A DNA stretch of 64,000 bases from an uncultured Bacteroidota bacterium (GTDB lineage Bacteria > Bacteroidota > Bacteroidia > Flavobacteriales > Flavobacteriaceae), in contig CABYAF010000003.1 of the NCBI GenBank assembly GCA_902516925.1, positions 14,423-78,422 of the forward strand, in the 5' to 3' direction. The notes beneath the pieces were generated by a model. It saw only the letters and a program-made list of their open reading frames with translations, was not told the origin of the DNA and searched no databases. Below, piece after piece: positions 38,365 through 47,767 of the stretch (within the stretch, counting starts at the first letter, position 1; each line of letters begins with the position of its first letter). Position numbers and translations under genes: made by a program.

Positions 38365-39516
38365 ATGTTTACTGAAAAAAAGAGAATTGGAATATTAGGT
38401 GGGGGTCAACTTGGTAAAATGGTGCTTGACGTTTCAAATAAATGGGGACTTGATGTTTTTGTTCTTGACCCAAATAAAAAATGCCCTTCAAGTAAACTTT
38501 GTAATAGATTTTTTGAAGGTGATTTAATGGACTATGAAACTGTTGTTGAATTTGGAAAGCTTTCAGACATAATAACCATTGAGATAGAAAATGTTAATGT
38601 TGAAGCATTAAAATATTTAGAGTCTTTAAATAAAAAGGTTTATCCGCAAGCCAGTGTAATTGAAATAATTCAAGATAAGTCAAAGCAAAAAAACTTTTAT
38701 CAAAATCACGGAATTCCAACTTCATCGTTTAATGTTCTAACTGGAAGCGATGAAATAAAAAATAAGGTAAGTAAGGGAGAGATATCCTTTCCATTTATAT
38801 GGAAAGCATCTAAGATGGGATATGATGGATATGGTGTAAAGAAAATAATTGATAACAAAACTTTAGAAGAGATTACTAATTCTCATTGTATAATTGAGGA
38901 GTTAATTGATATAAAAAAAGAAATCTCAGTTATGGTTGCTTCAAGAGAGTCTGGAGAAAGAGTGGTTTATCCCGCAGTTGAAATGGAGTTTAATAAAAAT
39001 TCTAATCAAGTTGAGTATATTCTATCTCCAGCTCAAGTTGATGATAAAATTAAATCAAAAGCAGAAAATCTAGCATTTAAAGTCTCTGAAAAATATAATA
39101 TTATTGGAATTATAGCAGTAGAAATGTTCTTAACAAGTGAGGATGAGCTGCTAGTTAATGAGGTAGCGCCAAGGCCACACAATAGTTATCATTTTTCAAT
39201 TGAAGGTTCCTATACAAGTCAGTTCGAACAATTTATAAGATCAATCCTAGATTTACCTCTTGGAAGTACTAAAATTATAGAAAATTCTGTTATGGTAAAT
39301 CTTGTGGGAGATTCTGATTCAGAGGGTGAAGTGGTTTATAAAAATTTCGATCAAATTATTGGAATAGAAGGTGTTAATCCTCATATTTACGGTAAATTTG
39401 AATCAAAGCCAAATAGGAAGATGGGCCATGTAACAATTATTAATAAAGATTTAGATAGAGCTAAGAAGATTGCAAAAGAGGTAAAAGATACTGTAATAAT
39501 AACATCAAAAAAATGA
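38365..39516 (+). CDS. purK: N5-carboxyaminoimidazole ribonucleotide synthase
   Basis: ATP-grasp protein starting IGILGGGQLG, with NEVAPRPHNS and KMGHVT. Overlaps purE by 4 nt. Confidence 0.9.
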   Translation: MFTEKKRIGILGGGQLGKMVLDVSNKWGLDVFVLDPNKKCPSSKLCNRFFEGDLMDYETVVEFGKLSDIITIEIENVNVEALKYLESLNKKVYPQASVIEIIQDKSKQKNFYQNHGIPTSSFNVLTGSDEIKNKVSKGEISFPFIWKASKMGYDGYGVKKIIDNKTLEEITNSHCIIEELIDIKKEISVMVASRESGERVVYPAVEMEFNKNSNQVEYILSPAQVDDKIKSKAENLAFKVSEKYNIIGIIAVEMFLTSEDELLVNEVAPRPHNSYHFSIEGSYTSQFEQFIRSILDLPLGSTKIIENSVMVNLVGDSDSEGEVVYKNFDQIIGIEGVNPHIYGKFESKPNRKMGHVTIINKDLDRAKKIAKEVKDTVIITSKK

Positions 39517-40004
39517 GTCAAGTAGCAATTATAATGGGTAGTAAATCTGACTTCGATATAATGAAGGATGCAATTGATATTTTAAAGTCTTTTGGTATTG
39601 AGACCGATTATGATATTGTATCAGCTCACAGAACACCAAAAAAAATGATTGAATATGCAACAAACGCTGAAAAAAATGGAATTAAAGTAATTATAGCTGG
39701 AGCGGGTGGTGCAGCTCATTTACCTGGAATGGTTGCCTCAATAACTAGTCTCCCTGTAATCGGCGTACCTATCAAGTCTAGAAATTCAATTGATGGTTGG
39801 GATTCAATTTTATCAATTTTACAGATGCCTGGAGGAGTACCTGTTGCAACAGTAGCTCTTAATGGATCAAAAAATGCTGGAATTCTTGCTGCACAAATAA
39901 TTGGATCTTTTGATTCAGTTATTTCAGAAAAAGTAAAAAATTACAAAAAAGATTTGGAAGATAGTGTCATTGAGAGCAGCAAAAACCTCAAGAAAAAATC
40001 CTAA
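39513..40004 (+). CDS. purE: N5-carboxyaminoimidazole ribonucleotide mutase
   Basis: Motifs IIMGSKSD, SAHRTP, AGAGGAAHLPGM. Confidence 0.95.
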   Translation: MSQVAIIMGSKSDFDIMKDAIDILKSFGIETDYDIVSAHRTPKKMIEYATNAEKNGIKVIIAGAGGAAHLPGMVASITSLPVIGVPIKSRNSIDGWDSILSILQMPGGVPVATVALNGSKNAGILAAQIIGSFDSVISEKVKNYKKDLEDSVIESSKNLKKKS

Positions 40005-40348
40005 TCCTTAATCCAATCATTATATCCTTTTTTATAATGATATATGATTTTAAAACCAAGAGATTTCATAATCAGACTTGCCTTCTCACTTCTGTTACCT
40101 GACATACAATAGATAATATATTCTTTATCTTTATCAAGCGCATTAAGGTTATCAATAAATTCTCGTTTTTGGAAGTCAATATTATAGGAATCTTTTATGC
40201 TTCCTTGGCTAAACTCTTTGTTAGTTCTAAGGTCAATTATATTTATACTACTTTTCTGTATTAGAACATGTACTTCCTCTTTGTTAATTTCTTGTATTAT
40301 AGGAGTTTGTAAAAAAACTAATAGAGTATAAAAAAAAAGTTTTAACAT
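40001..40348 (-). CDS. Rhodanese-domain sulfurtransferase with N-terminal signal/TM
   Basis: 115 aa with a hydrophobic N-terminus and the rhodanese active-site loop CMSGNRS. Confidence 0.7.
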   Translation of the reverse strand: MLKLFFYTLLVFLQTPIIQEINKEEVHVLIQKSSINIIDLRTNKEFSQGSIKDSYNIDFQKREFIDNLNALDKDKEYIIYCMSGNRSEKASLIMKSLGFKIIYHYKKGYNDWIKD

Positions 40349-40384
40349 TTAATGAACATTATTATTATAGTATTCAATATTACA

Positions 40385-40392
40385 TATTTTTG
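40385..40392 (+). promoter_or_regulatory. -7 box (TATTTTTG) upstream of gcvP
   Basis: Exact TAnnTTTG match, 13 nt upstream of the ATG at 40406. Confidence 0.4.
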
Positions 40393-40405
40393 CTAAAAAG
40401 TTTTA

Positions 40406-43234
40406 ATGTATAAAGAAAATTTTTCTCGAAGACATATTGGCCCAAGCACTTCTGAGTTAAATGAAATGCTAAAAACAATTGGGGTTAATTCTATTGAAGA
40501 CTTGCTTTCTCAAACCATTCCTGATAAAATTAGATTAAAAACTGGTTTAAATATTCCTGATGCAATTTCTGAAATGGAATTTTTAAAAGAGATTAAAAAG
40601 TTTTCATCATTAAACAAAAATTTTAAAACATACATTGGGTTAGGTTATCATGACACTTTTACTCCTTCAGTTATACAAAGAAATATTTTAGAAAATCCAG
40701 GATGGTATACAGCTTACACTCCATATCAACCTGAAATCGCTCAAGGTAGACTTGAGGCATTATTAAATTTTCAGACGATGGTCTGTGATCTAACTAAGAT
40801 GGAGATTGCAAATGCTTCTTTACTAGATGAAGGCACATCTGCTGCTGAAGCCATGATTATGATGTACAATAATAGATCAAGACATCAAAAATCAGAAAAC
40901 CTTTCTAGATTTTTTGTTGATTCAAATATTCTTCCTCAAACTCTTTCAGTCATTAATACAAGAGCTTATCCTTTGGGCATTGAAATTGTAATAGATGATT
41001 TAGGAAACATAAATTCAAACGATTATTTTGGATGCATTATTCAGTATCCAGGTAAAGATGGGAACCTACCAAATATTGACAAAATTTTGTCTGAAATAAA
41101 GAATGATGATTTTAAAACAGTCTTGGCTGTTGATTTAATGTCCTTAGTTATTATTGAACCTCCAAATCCAGAGAAGATTGATGTTGTAGTTGGAACAACT
41201 CAAAGATTTGGGATTCCTCTCGGTTATGGTGGGCCTCATGCAGCTTTTTTTGCTACAAAAGAAAAATACAAAAGAAATATTCCAGGCAGAATTATTGGTG
41301 TTACAAAAGATGTTGATGGTGACTATGCTCTAAGGATGGCATTACAAACTAGAGAACAGCATATAAAAAGAGATAGGGCAACCTCAAATATTTGTACTGC
41401 TCAAGTTTTACTTGCGGTTATGGCTGGCATGTATGCTGTTTACCATGGATCAAAGGGACTTAGAAATATATCTAGCTCAATCCATCACAAGGCTGTTTAT
41501 TTATTTAATAAAATTTCATCCCTAGGTATAGAACTAAAATATTCTAAATTCTTTGATACGATTACAATAATTTCTGAATCTAAATCTATTCAAAAGATTG
41601 CTCTATCAAAAGAGATTAATCTTTGTTATCATTCAGATAATGAAATATCAATATCTGTAAATGAGAAGACAGATTTAAAAGACCTTGACTCAGTAGTGTC
41701 AATTTTTGAAGAATTTAGTGGGCAGAAATCTAATCATATTGATTTCCCAAATAAACATTTGACAGAAAATGATAGAAAATCAGAAATTTTGTCTCATCCT
41801 GTTTTTAATTCTTATCACTCTGAGACCTCTTTAATGAGATATATTAAGTCTCTTGAAAACAAAGATCTATCTCTTACCCAATCTATGATTTCTCTAGGTT
41901 CATGTACAATGAAACTTAATGCAGCCTCTGAGATGATTCCTCTTAGCTGGAGTGAGTGGAACAGTATTCATCCATTTGTACCAATCAGTCAAGCTCAAGG
42001 ATATCATGAAGTGATTGGTAAGTTAGAAAATTATTTAAGTGAGATCACTGGATTTTCAGCTACTTCTCTTCAACCTAATTCTGGAGCTCAAGGAGAATAT
42101 AGCGGATTAATGGTTATAAAATCTTACTTAAATAAAATAGGAGAAGAACACAGAAATATTTGTTTAATTCCTTCTTCTGCTCATGGTACTAACCCTGCAT
42201 CTGCAATTATGGCTGGATTAAAAGTTGTAGTAATTGCAACTGATGAAAGAGGTAATATTGATATTAATGATTTAAAATTAAAAATTACAGAGCACAAAAA
42301 TAATTTGGCTGCCTTAATGATAACTTATCCATCAACTCATGGAGTATTTGAATCTGAGATTCAGCTCATAAATGAACTTATTCATCAAAGTGGTGGACAA
42401 GTTTATATGGATGGTGCTAATATGAATGCTCAAGTTGGATTGACAAGTCCAAAATTAATTGGAGCAGATGTATGTCATTTGAATCTTCATAAGACTTTTT
42501 CAATACCACACGGAGGTGGAGGCCCAGGTGTTGGCCCAATTTGTGTTGCTGATCACCTTAAAGATTTTCTTCCCTCAAATCCAATTATACCCTCAGGTGG
42601 TAAGCATCATATTGATGCTATTTCATCTGCACCATGGGGATCAGCATTAGTCTGCTTAATTTCTTACGGCTACATTAGAATGCTTGGAAAACTAGGTGTA
42701 AAAAACTCAACAGAAATTGCCATTGTTAATGCTAACTATATGAAAACAAAACTTGAAAAAAACTTTAAAATTCTATATAGTGGAGAGAATGGAAGATCTG
42801 CTCATGAATTTATAATTGATTGTAGAGAATTTAAAAAATATAATATTGAAGTAGTAGATATTGCAAAGAGATTAATAGACTATGGGTTTCATGCACCAAC
42901 TGTTTCATTCCCTGTGCCTGGAACTATGATGATTGAACCAACTGAAAGCGAAAATTTAAATGAAATAAACAGATTTTGTGAGGCACTTAATTCGATCTAT
43001 TCTGAGATTACCTCGAATGATGAATCAGACAGACAGTTGTTGAGGAATTCCCCTCACACATTAAAAATGCTTACCTCAAGCGAATGGAATTATGAATATT
43101 CTAGAGAAGAAGCATCCTTCCCAAAAAATTACTTGAAAGTTAATAAATTCTGGCCCTCAGTGAGAAGGGTTGACGAAGCATATGGTGATAGAAATTTAAT
43201 TTGTAGCTGCCCACCTATTGAGACTTATCAATAA
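40406..43234 (+). CDS. gcvP: Glycine dehydrogenase (decarboxylating), single-chain P protein
   Basis: 942 aa. Motifs FSRRHIGP, YTPYQPEIAQGRLE, and the PLP site HLNLHKTFSIPHGGGGPG. Confidence 0.95.
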   Translation: MYKENFSRRHIGPSTSELNEMLKTIGVNSIEDLLSQTIPDKIRLKTGLNIPDAISEMEFLKEIKKFSSLNKNFKTYIGLGYHDTFTPSVIQRNILENPGWYTAYTPYQPEIAQGRLEALLNFQTMVCDLTKMEIANASLLDEGTSAAEAMIMMYNNRSRHQKSENLSRFFVDSNILPQTLSVINTRAYPLGIEIVIDDLGNINSNDYFGCIIQYPGKDGNLPNIDKILSEIKNDDFKTVLAVDLMSLVIIEPPNPEKIDVVVGTTQRFGIPLGYGGPHAAFFATKEKYKRNIPGRIIGVTKDVDGDYALRMALQTREQHIKRDRATSNICTAQVLLAVMAGMYAVYHGSKGLRNISSSIHHKAVYLFNKISSLGIELKYSKFFDTITIISESKSIQKIALSKEINLCYHSDNEISISVNEKTDLKDLDSVVSIFEEFSGQKSNHIDFPNKHLTENDRKSEILSHPVFNSYHSETSLMRYIKSLENKDLSLTQSMISLGSCTMKLNAASEMIPLSWSEWNSIHPFVPISQAQGYHEVIGKLENYLSEITGFSATSLQPNSGAQGEYSGLMVIKSYLNKIGEEHRNICLIPSSAHGTNPASAIMAGLKVVVIATDERGNIDINDLKLKITEHKNNLAALMITYPSTHGVFESEIQLINELIHQSGGQVYMDGANMNAQVGLTSPKLIGADVCHLNLHKTFSIPHGGGGPGVGPICVADHLKDFLPSNPIIPSGGKHHIDAISSAPWGSALVCLISYGYIRMLGKLGVKNSTEIAIVNANYMKTKLEKNFKILYSGENGRSAHEFIIDCREFKKYNIEVVDIAKRLIDYGFHAPTVSFPVPGTMMIEPTESENLNEINRFCEALNSIYSEITSNDESDRQLLRNSPHTLKMLTSSEWNYEYSREEASFPKNYLKVNKFWPSVRRVDEAYGDRNLICSCPPIETYQ

Positions 43235-43252
43235 TTTAAGTAATTTTATAAG

Positions 43253-44323
43253 ATGAACTACAGAATAACTGGGACAGGAAGCTGTATACCTGATATCACA
43301 AAAACTAACTCAGATTTTCTTAAGAATAAATTCCTTGATTTAGATGGGAATAATATTCAAAGTTCAAATGATGAAATCATAGAGAAATTTAAATCAATCA
43401 CTGGTATCGTTGAACGAAGATATGCCCCCGATGAAATAAATTCCTCTGATTTAGCTGCTGTAGCTGCTAGTGTTGCAATAAAGGATTCTAAGTTAGATAA
43501 GGAGACACTTGATTACATAATTGTTGCTCATAATACAGGAGATATATCATGCAAAAGTGGGCAAGTAGACACCTTACCATCAATTGCCTCAAAAGTTAAG
43601 GCAAAGCTGAAAATTAAAAATCCTAATTGTGTAGCATATGATATTATTTGTGGCTGTCCAGGATGGGTTGAAGGAGTTATTCAGGCTAAATCATTTATTA
43701 AATCAGGTATGGCAAAAAAATGTTTAGTTATAGGTTGTGATACTCTTTCAAGAATACTAGATGAAAATGACAGAGACTCAATGATATACGCAGATGGAGC
43801 AGGTGCAATAATTTTAGAAAGTGATAATTCTTATGATGGTGGAATATTATCTCATAAGTCTGCTACATTTACTTATGATGGTGAAAATGATTTTATCTTT
43901 TATGGGACTTCATATGACACTAAAGCAAGAGCAAAAAGTGATCAGAAGTTTATTAAGATGCAAGGAAGAAAAGTATATGAATTTGCTCTTACAAATGTTC
44001 CAGTAGCAATGAAATCTTGTTTTGATAATACTAATTGTAAAATTGAAAACTTAAAGAAGATATTTATCCATCAGGCAAATAAAAAAATGGATGAGGCTAT
44101 CATCAAACGATTCTTCAGACTATATAAAACATCTGCACCCAAAGATATTCTTCCAATGAATATTGAAGAGTTTGGAAATAGTTCAGTTGCAACTATTCCT
44201 ACTCTTTTTGATCTAGTTAAAAAAACTAATTATCAAGGACATAAGGTCTCCAAAGGAGATATTATTATGTTTGCTAGTGTAGGTGCAGGAATGAATATTA
44301 ATGCAATAACATATAAAGTTTAG
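43253..44323 (+). CDS. 3-oxoacyl-ACP synthase III family protein (long FabH-like)
   Basis: Cys-His-Asn triad context: ICGCPGW, IHQANKKM, FGNSSVATIP. 356 aa. Confidence 0.8.
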   Translation: MNYRITGTGSCIPDITKTNSDFLKNKFLDLDGNNIQSSNDEIIEKFKSITGIVERRYAPDEINSSDLAAVAASVAIKDSKLDKETLDYIIVAHNTGDISCKSGQVDTLPSIASKVKAKLKIKNPNCVAYDIICGCPGWVEGVIQAKSFIKSGMAKKCLVIGCDTLSRILDENDRDSMIYADGAGAIILESDNSYDGGILSHKSATFTYDGENDFIFYGTSYDTKARAKSDQKFIKMQGRKVYEFALTNVPVAMKSCFDNTNCKIENLKKIFIHQANKKMDEAIIKRFFRLYKTSAPKDILPMNIEEFGNSSVATIPTLFDLVKKTNYQGHKVSKGDIIMFASVGAGMNINAITYKV

Positions 44324-44330
44324 AAACCTT

Positions 44331-45068
44331 ATGAGAATTTTTTTTCATATTGGTAGATACTTCTTAATGATAAAGTATACTTTCTCAAAATTTACCAAGT
44401 GGAGTGTACTTAAAAAATTGATTTTTCAAGAAATTGAGGATTTAATATTAGGATCAATTGGTATTGTTGCTTTTATGTCCTTTCTAATTGGCGGGGTTGT
44501 AGCAATTCAAACAGCTTTAGCTATTGAAAATCCGTTACTTCCTGGTAATCTTATAGGATTTGCAACAAGGCAATCTGTCATTTTGGAGTTCGCACCAACC
44601 CTTATTTCCATAATAATGGCTGGTAAAGTTGGCTCATTTATTACGTCAAGTATTGGAACAATGAGAGTAACTGAACAGATTGATGCTTTGGAAGTTATGG
44701 GTATTAACTCATTTAATTATCTTATTTTTCCTAAAATTATATCATTATTACTTTATCCCTTTTTAATTACTTTAGCAATGTTTTTAGGTATACTTGGTGG
44801 ATATATTGCAAGTGTCTATGCTGGTTTCTCAACAAGCTTTGATTTCATTCAAGGGATCCAACTTGACTTTAAAGTATTTCATATCATCTATACTTACATC
44901 AAAACAATTTTATTTGCATTTGTACTAGCAACTATTCCCTCATATCATGGATTTTTCATGAAGGGTGGTGCACTTGAAGTAGGTAAAGCCAGTAATATTT
45001 CATTTGTTTGGACAAGTAGTGTTATTATCATTATTAACTTTATTGTAACTCAACTTCTTTTGGCATAA
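44331..45068 (+). CDS. MlaE-family ABC transporter permease
   Basis: Polytopic protein with the MlaE-like core TRQSVILEFAPTLISIIMAGKVGS and EQIDALEVMG. Confidence 0.75.
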   Translation: MRIFFHIGRYFLMIKYTFSKFTKWSVLKKLIFQEIEDLILGSIGIVAFMSFLIGGVVAIQTALAIENPLLPGNLIGFATRQSVILEFAPTLISIIMAGKVGSFITSSIGTMRVTEQIDALEVMGINSFNYLIFPKIISLLLYPFLITLAMFLGILGGYIASVYAGFSTSFDFIQGIQLDFKVFHIIYTYIKTILFAFVLATIPSYHGFFMKGGALEVGKASNISFVWTSSVIIIINFIVTQLLLA

Positions 45069-45826
45069 TGATAGAGATAAATAAAATATCGAAATCTTTT
45101 AATAGTCATAAAATTATTGAAGATATATCAGCAACTTTTGATAAAGGAAAAACTAATCTAATCATTGGTCAAAGTGGATCAGGTAAAACTGTTCTAATGA
45201 AATGTCTTCTTGGTCTTCATGAAGTTGATAACGGGGATATTCTGTACGATGGAAAAAAGTTTAATAAAGATGAGATTTCCGAGGTTTCAGATTTAAGAAA
45301 ACAGATGGGGATGGTTTTTCAGGGTAGTGCATTATTTGATTCTATGTCTGTTCTAGATAATATTATATTTCCTTTAAGGATGTTTTCAAATATGTCTCAA
45401 TCAAAAATGATTGAAAGGGCTAGAGAAGTAATTTATCGCGTAGATCTAAAGGATGTTGATAATAAGTTTCCCTCAGAAATATCAGGTGGTATGAAGAAAA
45501 GAGTTGCAATTGCTAGAGCAATTGTACTTAATCCAAAGTATCTTTTTTGTGATGAACCAAATTCAGGTTTAGATCCTAAAACTGCAATTATAATTGATAA
45601 GTTGATTCAAGAGATTACCGTTGAGTATGATATTACTACTATTATTAATACTCATGATATGAATTCAGTAATGGAAATTGGGGATAAAATTATCTTCTTA
45701 GTTGAGGGGAAAAAAATATGGGAAGGCAATAATGAAGAAATATTAAATACGGATGATAAATTGATAAACGATTTTGTTTATTCTTCAGAATTATTTAAAA
45801 AAGTTAAACTTTCTCAGAAAAAATAA
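45068..45826 (+). CDS. MlaF-like ABC transporter ATP-binding protein
   Basis: Walker A GQSGSGKT, signature ISGGMKKRVAIARA, Walker B LFCDEP. Confidence 0.85.
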   Translation: MIEINKISKSFNSHKIIEDISATFDKGKTNLIIGQSGSGKTVLMKCLLGLHEVDNGDILYDGKKFNKDEISEVSDLRKQMGMVFQGSALFDSMSVLDNIIFPLRMFSNMSQSKMIERAREVIYRVDLKDVDNKFPSEISGGMKKRVAIARAIVLNPKYLFCDEPNSGLDPKTAIIIDKLIQEITVEYDITTIINTHDMNSVMEIGDKIIFLVEGKKIWEGNNEEILNTDDKLINDFVYSSELFKKVKLSQKK

Positions 45827-45829
45827 ATC

Positions 45830-46501
45830 TTAAGGATTAGAATTTGATACAGAAATTAATTTACCATTAAATAATTTATTACCATTAATGGCAAAATCAA
45901 GTATATACTTAGCCATTTCTTCTGGCTTTGTTTCTACATTGTAATCTGGAAATGCCTCTTTTAACATTTTTGTTTGAACAGCACCTAAAGCTAGAACATT
46001 AAATGATGGTCCATTTTGATGTTCTTCAGCTAACACCTCAGTTAAAGCTATTACAGCTGCTTTACTGCTAGAGTATGCTGATAAGCCAGGAAACTTCTTA
46101 GATCCATTAACACCTCCAATACTACTTATGTTAATAACATGTCCATCTGAATTAATTATTGGGATCAGGGATCTAGTAATTTCTGCAAGCCCAAAAACAT
46201 TTACATCAAATGTTTTTTTAAAAGATTCATACGTGGTATCACCAAATAACTCACTCACAAGATACCCAGCATTATTAATCAAAATATCGATTTTAATTTT
46301 TCTACTTTTCAGATTTGCAATAAACTCATCAACAGAATCTTTATTTGTAATGTCTATTGCGAATGATTCAATACCACCTATATCTTTCAGTGGCTCAATA
46401 TTTCTTGAAACCGATATTACATGAAAATTCATTTTTGCAGCTTGAATGCATATTTGATGTCCAATGCCAGAGCTAGTTCCAGTTACTACAATAGTCTTCA
46501 T
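45830..46501 (-). CDS. Short-chain dehydrogenase/reductase (SDR)
   Basis: Motifs TGTSSGIG, NNAG and catalytic YSSSKAA. Confidence 0.8.
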   Translation of the reverse strand: MKTIVVTGTSSGIGHQICIQAAKMNFHVISVSRNIEPLKDIGGIESFAIDITNKDSVDEFIANLKSRKIKIDILINNAGYLVSELFGDTTYESFKKTFDVNVFGLAEITRSLIPIINSDGHVINISSIGGVNGSKKFPGLSAYSSSKAAVIALTEVLAEEHQNGPSFNVLALGAVQTKMLKEAFPDYNVETKPEEMAKYILDFAINGNKLFNGKLISVSNSNP

Positions 46502-47766
46502 TAAATTAAAATTGAGACTGGGTTTTCAATATACTCTTTTAGAGTTTTTAAGAATAGTGAACCTGTAGCACCATCAACAGTTCTATGATCACATGCTAAA
46601 GTTAATTTCATTGTGTTTCCAATTACTATATCACCGTTTCTTACAATAGGTTTCTCAATGATTGCTCCTATAGAAAGTATAGCAGAATTAGGTTGATTTA
46701 TTATAGAAGTAAAACTTTCAATTCCAAACATACCTAGATTTGAAATTGTAAAAGTACTTCCCTCAATCTCAGCAGGAGTTAATTTTTTATTTTTTGCACG
46801 CACAGCAAAATCTTTGATCTCTGTATTAATTTCGGGCAAGTCTTTAGAATTTGCATATTTAACAACTGGGACAATTAGACCATCATCAACTGCAACAGCT
46901 ACTCCTAAATGAACATGATCATAAAAAACAATTTTATCATCATACCATCTAGAATTTACCTTTGGATGTCTTGCTAATGAAAGTGATACAGCTTTAGCAA
47001 TAATATCATTAAATGAAATTTTTATATTTTGAGTATTAATAAATTGATTTCTGAAAGAGATCATATTATCCATATCACACTCTATATTTAGATAATAATG
47101 AGGTGCAGAAAACTTAGAGTCTGATAATCTCTTTGCAATAGCTTTTCTCATACTAGAGTTTTGAAACTCATTAGATGATTCTCTAACACTTGGTCTTGGT
47201 TGAATAAATTGAGAATAATCTGAAGACTTATATGAATCAATATCTCTCTTTATAATTCTACCATTATCTCCTGAACCTTTAATTGATTTAATATCAATTC
47301 CTTTTTCATTTGCTAACTTTCTAGCAAGTGGAGATATTAAGAACCTATCAGCTGATTCATTAGTAGCTATAGCTGATTTAACCTCCTCCTTAACCTCTGG
47401 TTTTGGCTCCTCCTTTACCTCTGGTTTTGGCTCTTCCTTTACCTCTGGTTTTGGCTCTTCCTTTACCTCTGGTTTTGGCTCCTCGTTGGCTGTATTACTG
47501 CCTTTAATAATTGATGAAATATCTTCACCCTTTGATCCAATAACAGCTATTATACTATCAACAGGTGCAGTTGAGCCTTCATCAATTCCAATATGGAGTA
47601 GAACACCATCATGAAAAGACTCAAACTCCATAGTAGCCTTATCTGTTTCAATTTCAGCTAGAATTTCACCCTCTTTTACTGAATCCCCCACTTTTTTGAA
47701 CCACTTAGCAAGAGTTCCCTCTTCCATGGTATCGCTCAATCTTGGCATGTTTATAACTTCAGCCAT
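46501..47766 (-). CDS. Dihydrolipoamide acetyltransferase (2-oxoacid dehydrogenase E2)
   Basis: Lipoyl site EIETDKATME, subunit-binding domain ISPLARKLA, catalytic DHRTVDGA. Lies downstream of E1 alpha. Confidence 0.9.
   Translation of the reverse strand: MAEVINMPRLSDTMEEGTLAKWFKKVGDSVKEGEILAEIETDKATMEFESFHDGVLLHIGIDEGSTAPVDSIIAVIGSKGEDISSIIKGSNTANEEPKPEVKEEPKPEVKEEPKPEVKEEPKPEVKEEVKSAIATNESADRFLISPLARKLANEKGIDIKSIKGSGDNGRIIKRDIDSYKSSDYSQFIQPRPSVRESSNEFQNSSMRKAIAKRLSDSKFSAPHYYLNIECDMDNMISFRNQFINTQNIKISFNDIIAKAVSLSLARHPKVNSRWYDDKIVFYDHVHLGVAVAVDDGLIVPVVKYANSKDLPEINTEIKDFAVRAKNKKLTPAEIEGSTFTISNLGMFGIESFTSIINQPNSAILSIGAIIEKPIVRNGDIVIGNTMKLTLACDHRTVDGATGSLFLKTLKEYIENPVSILI
47385..47480 (-). repeat. 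24-bp tandem repeat x4 encoding the (EEPKPEVK)4 linker of E2
   Basis: Four consecutive 24-bp units (cc/ct tcctt[t/a]acctctggttttggct) at 47385-47408, 47409-47432, 47433-47456 and 47457-47480, plus a partial fifth. Confidence 0.9.
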
Positions 47767-47767
47767 A

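Noticed and set aside
40349-40405. Possible glycine riboswitch upstream of gcvP
   Set aside because: The spacer is only 57 nt and also has to hold the divergent rhodanese promoter. That is far too short for a glycine aptamer, and no conserved aptamer elements are visible.
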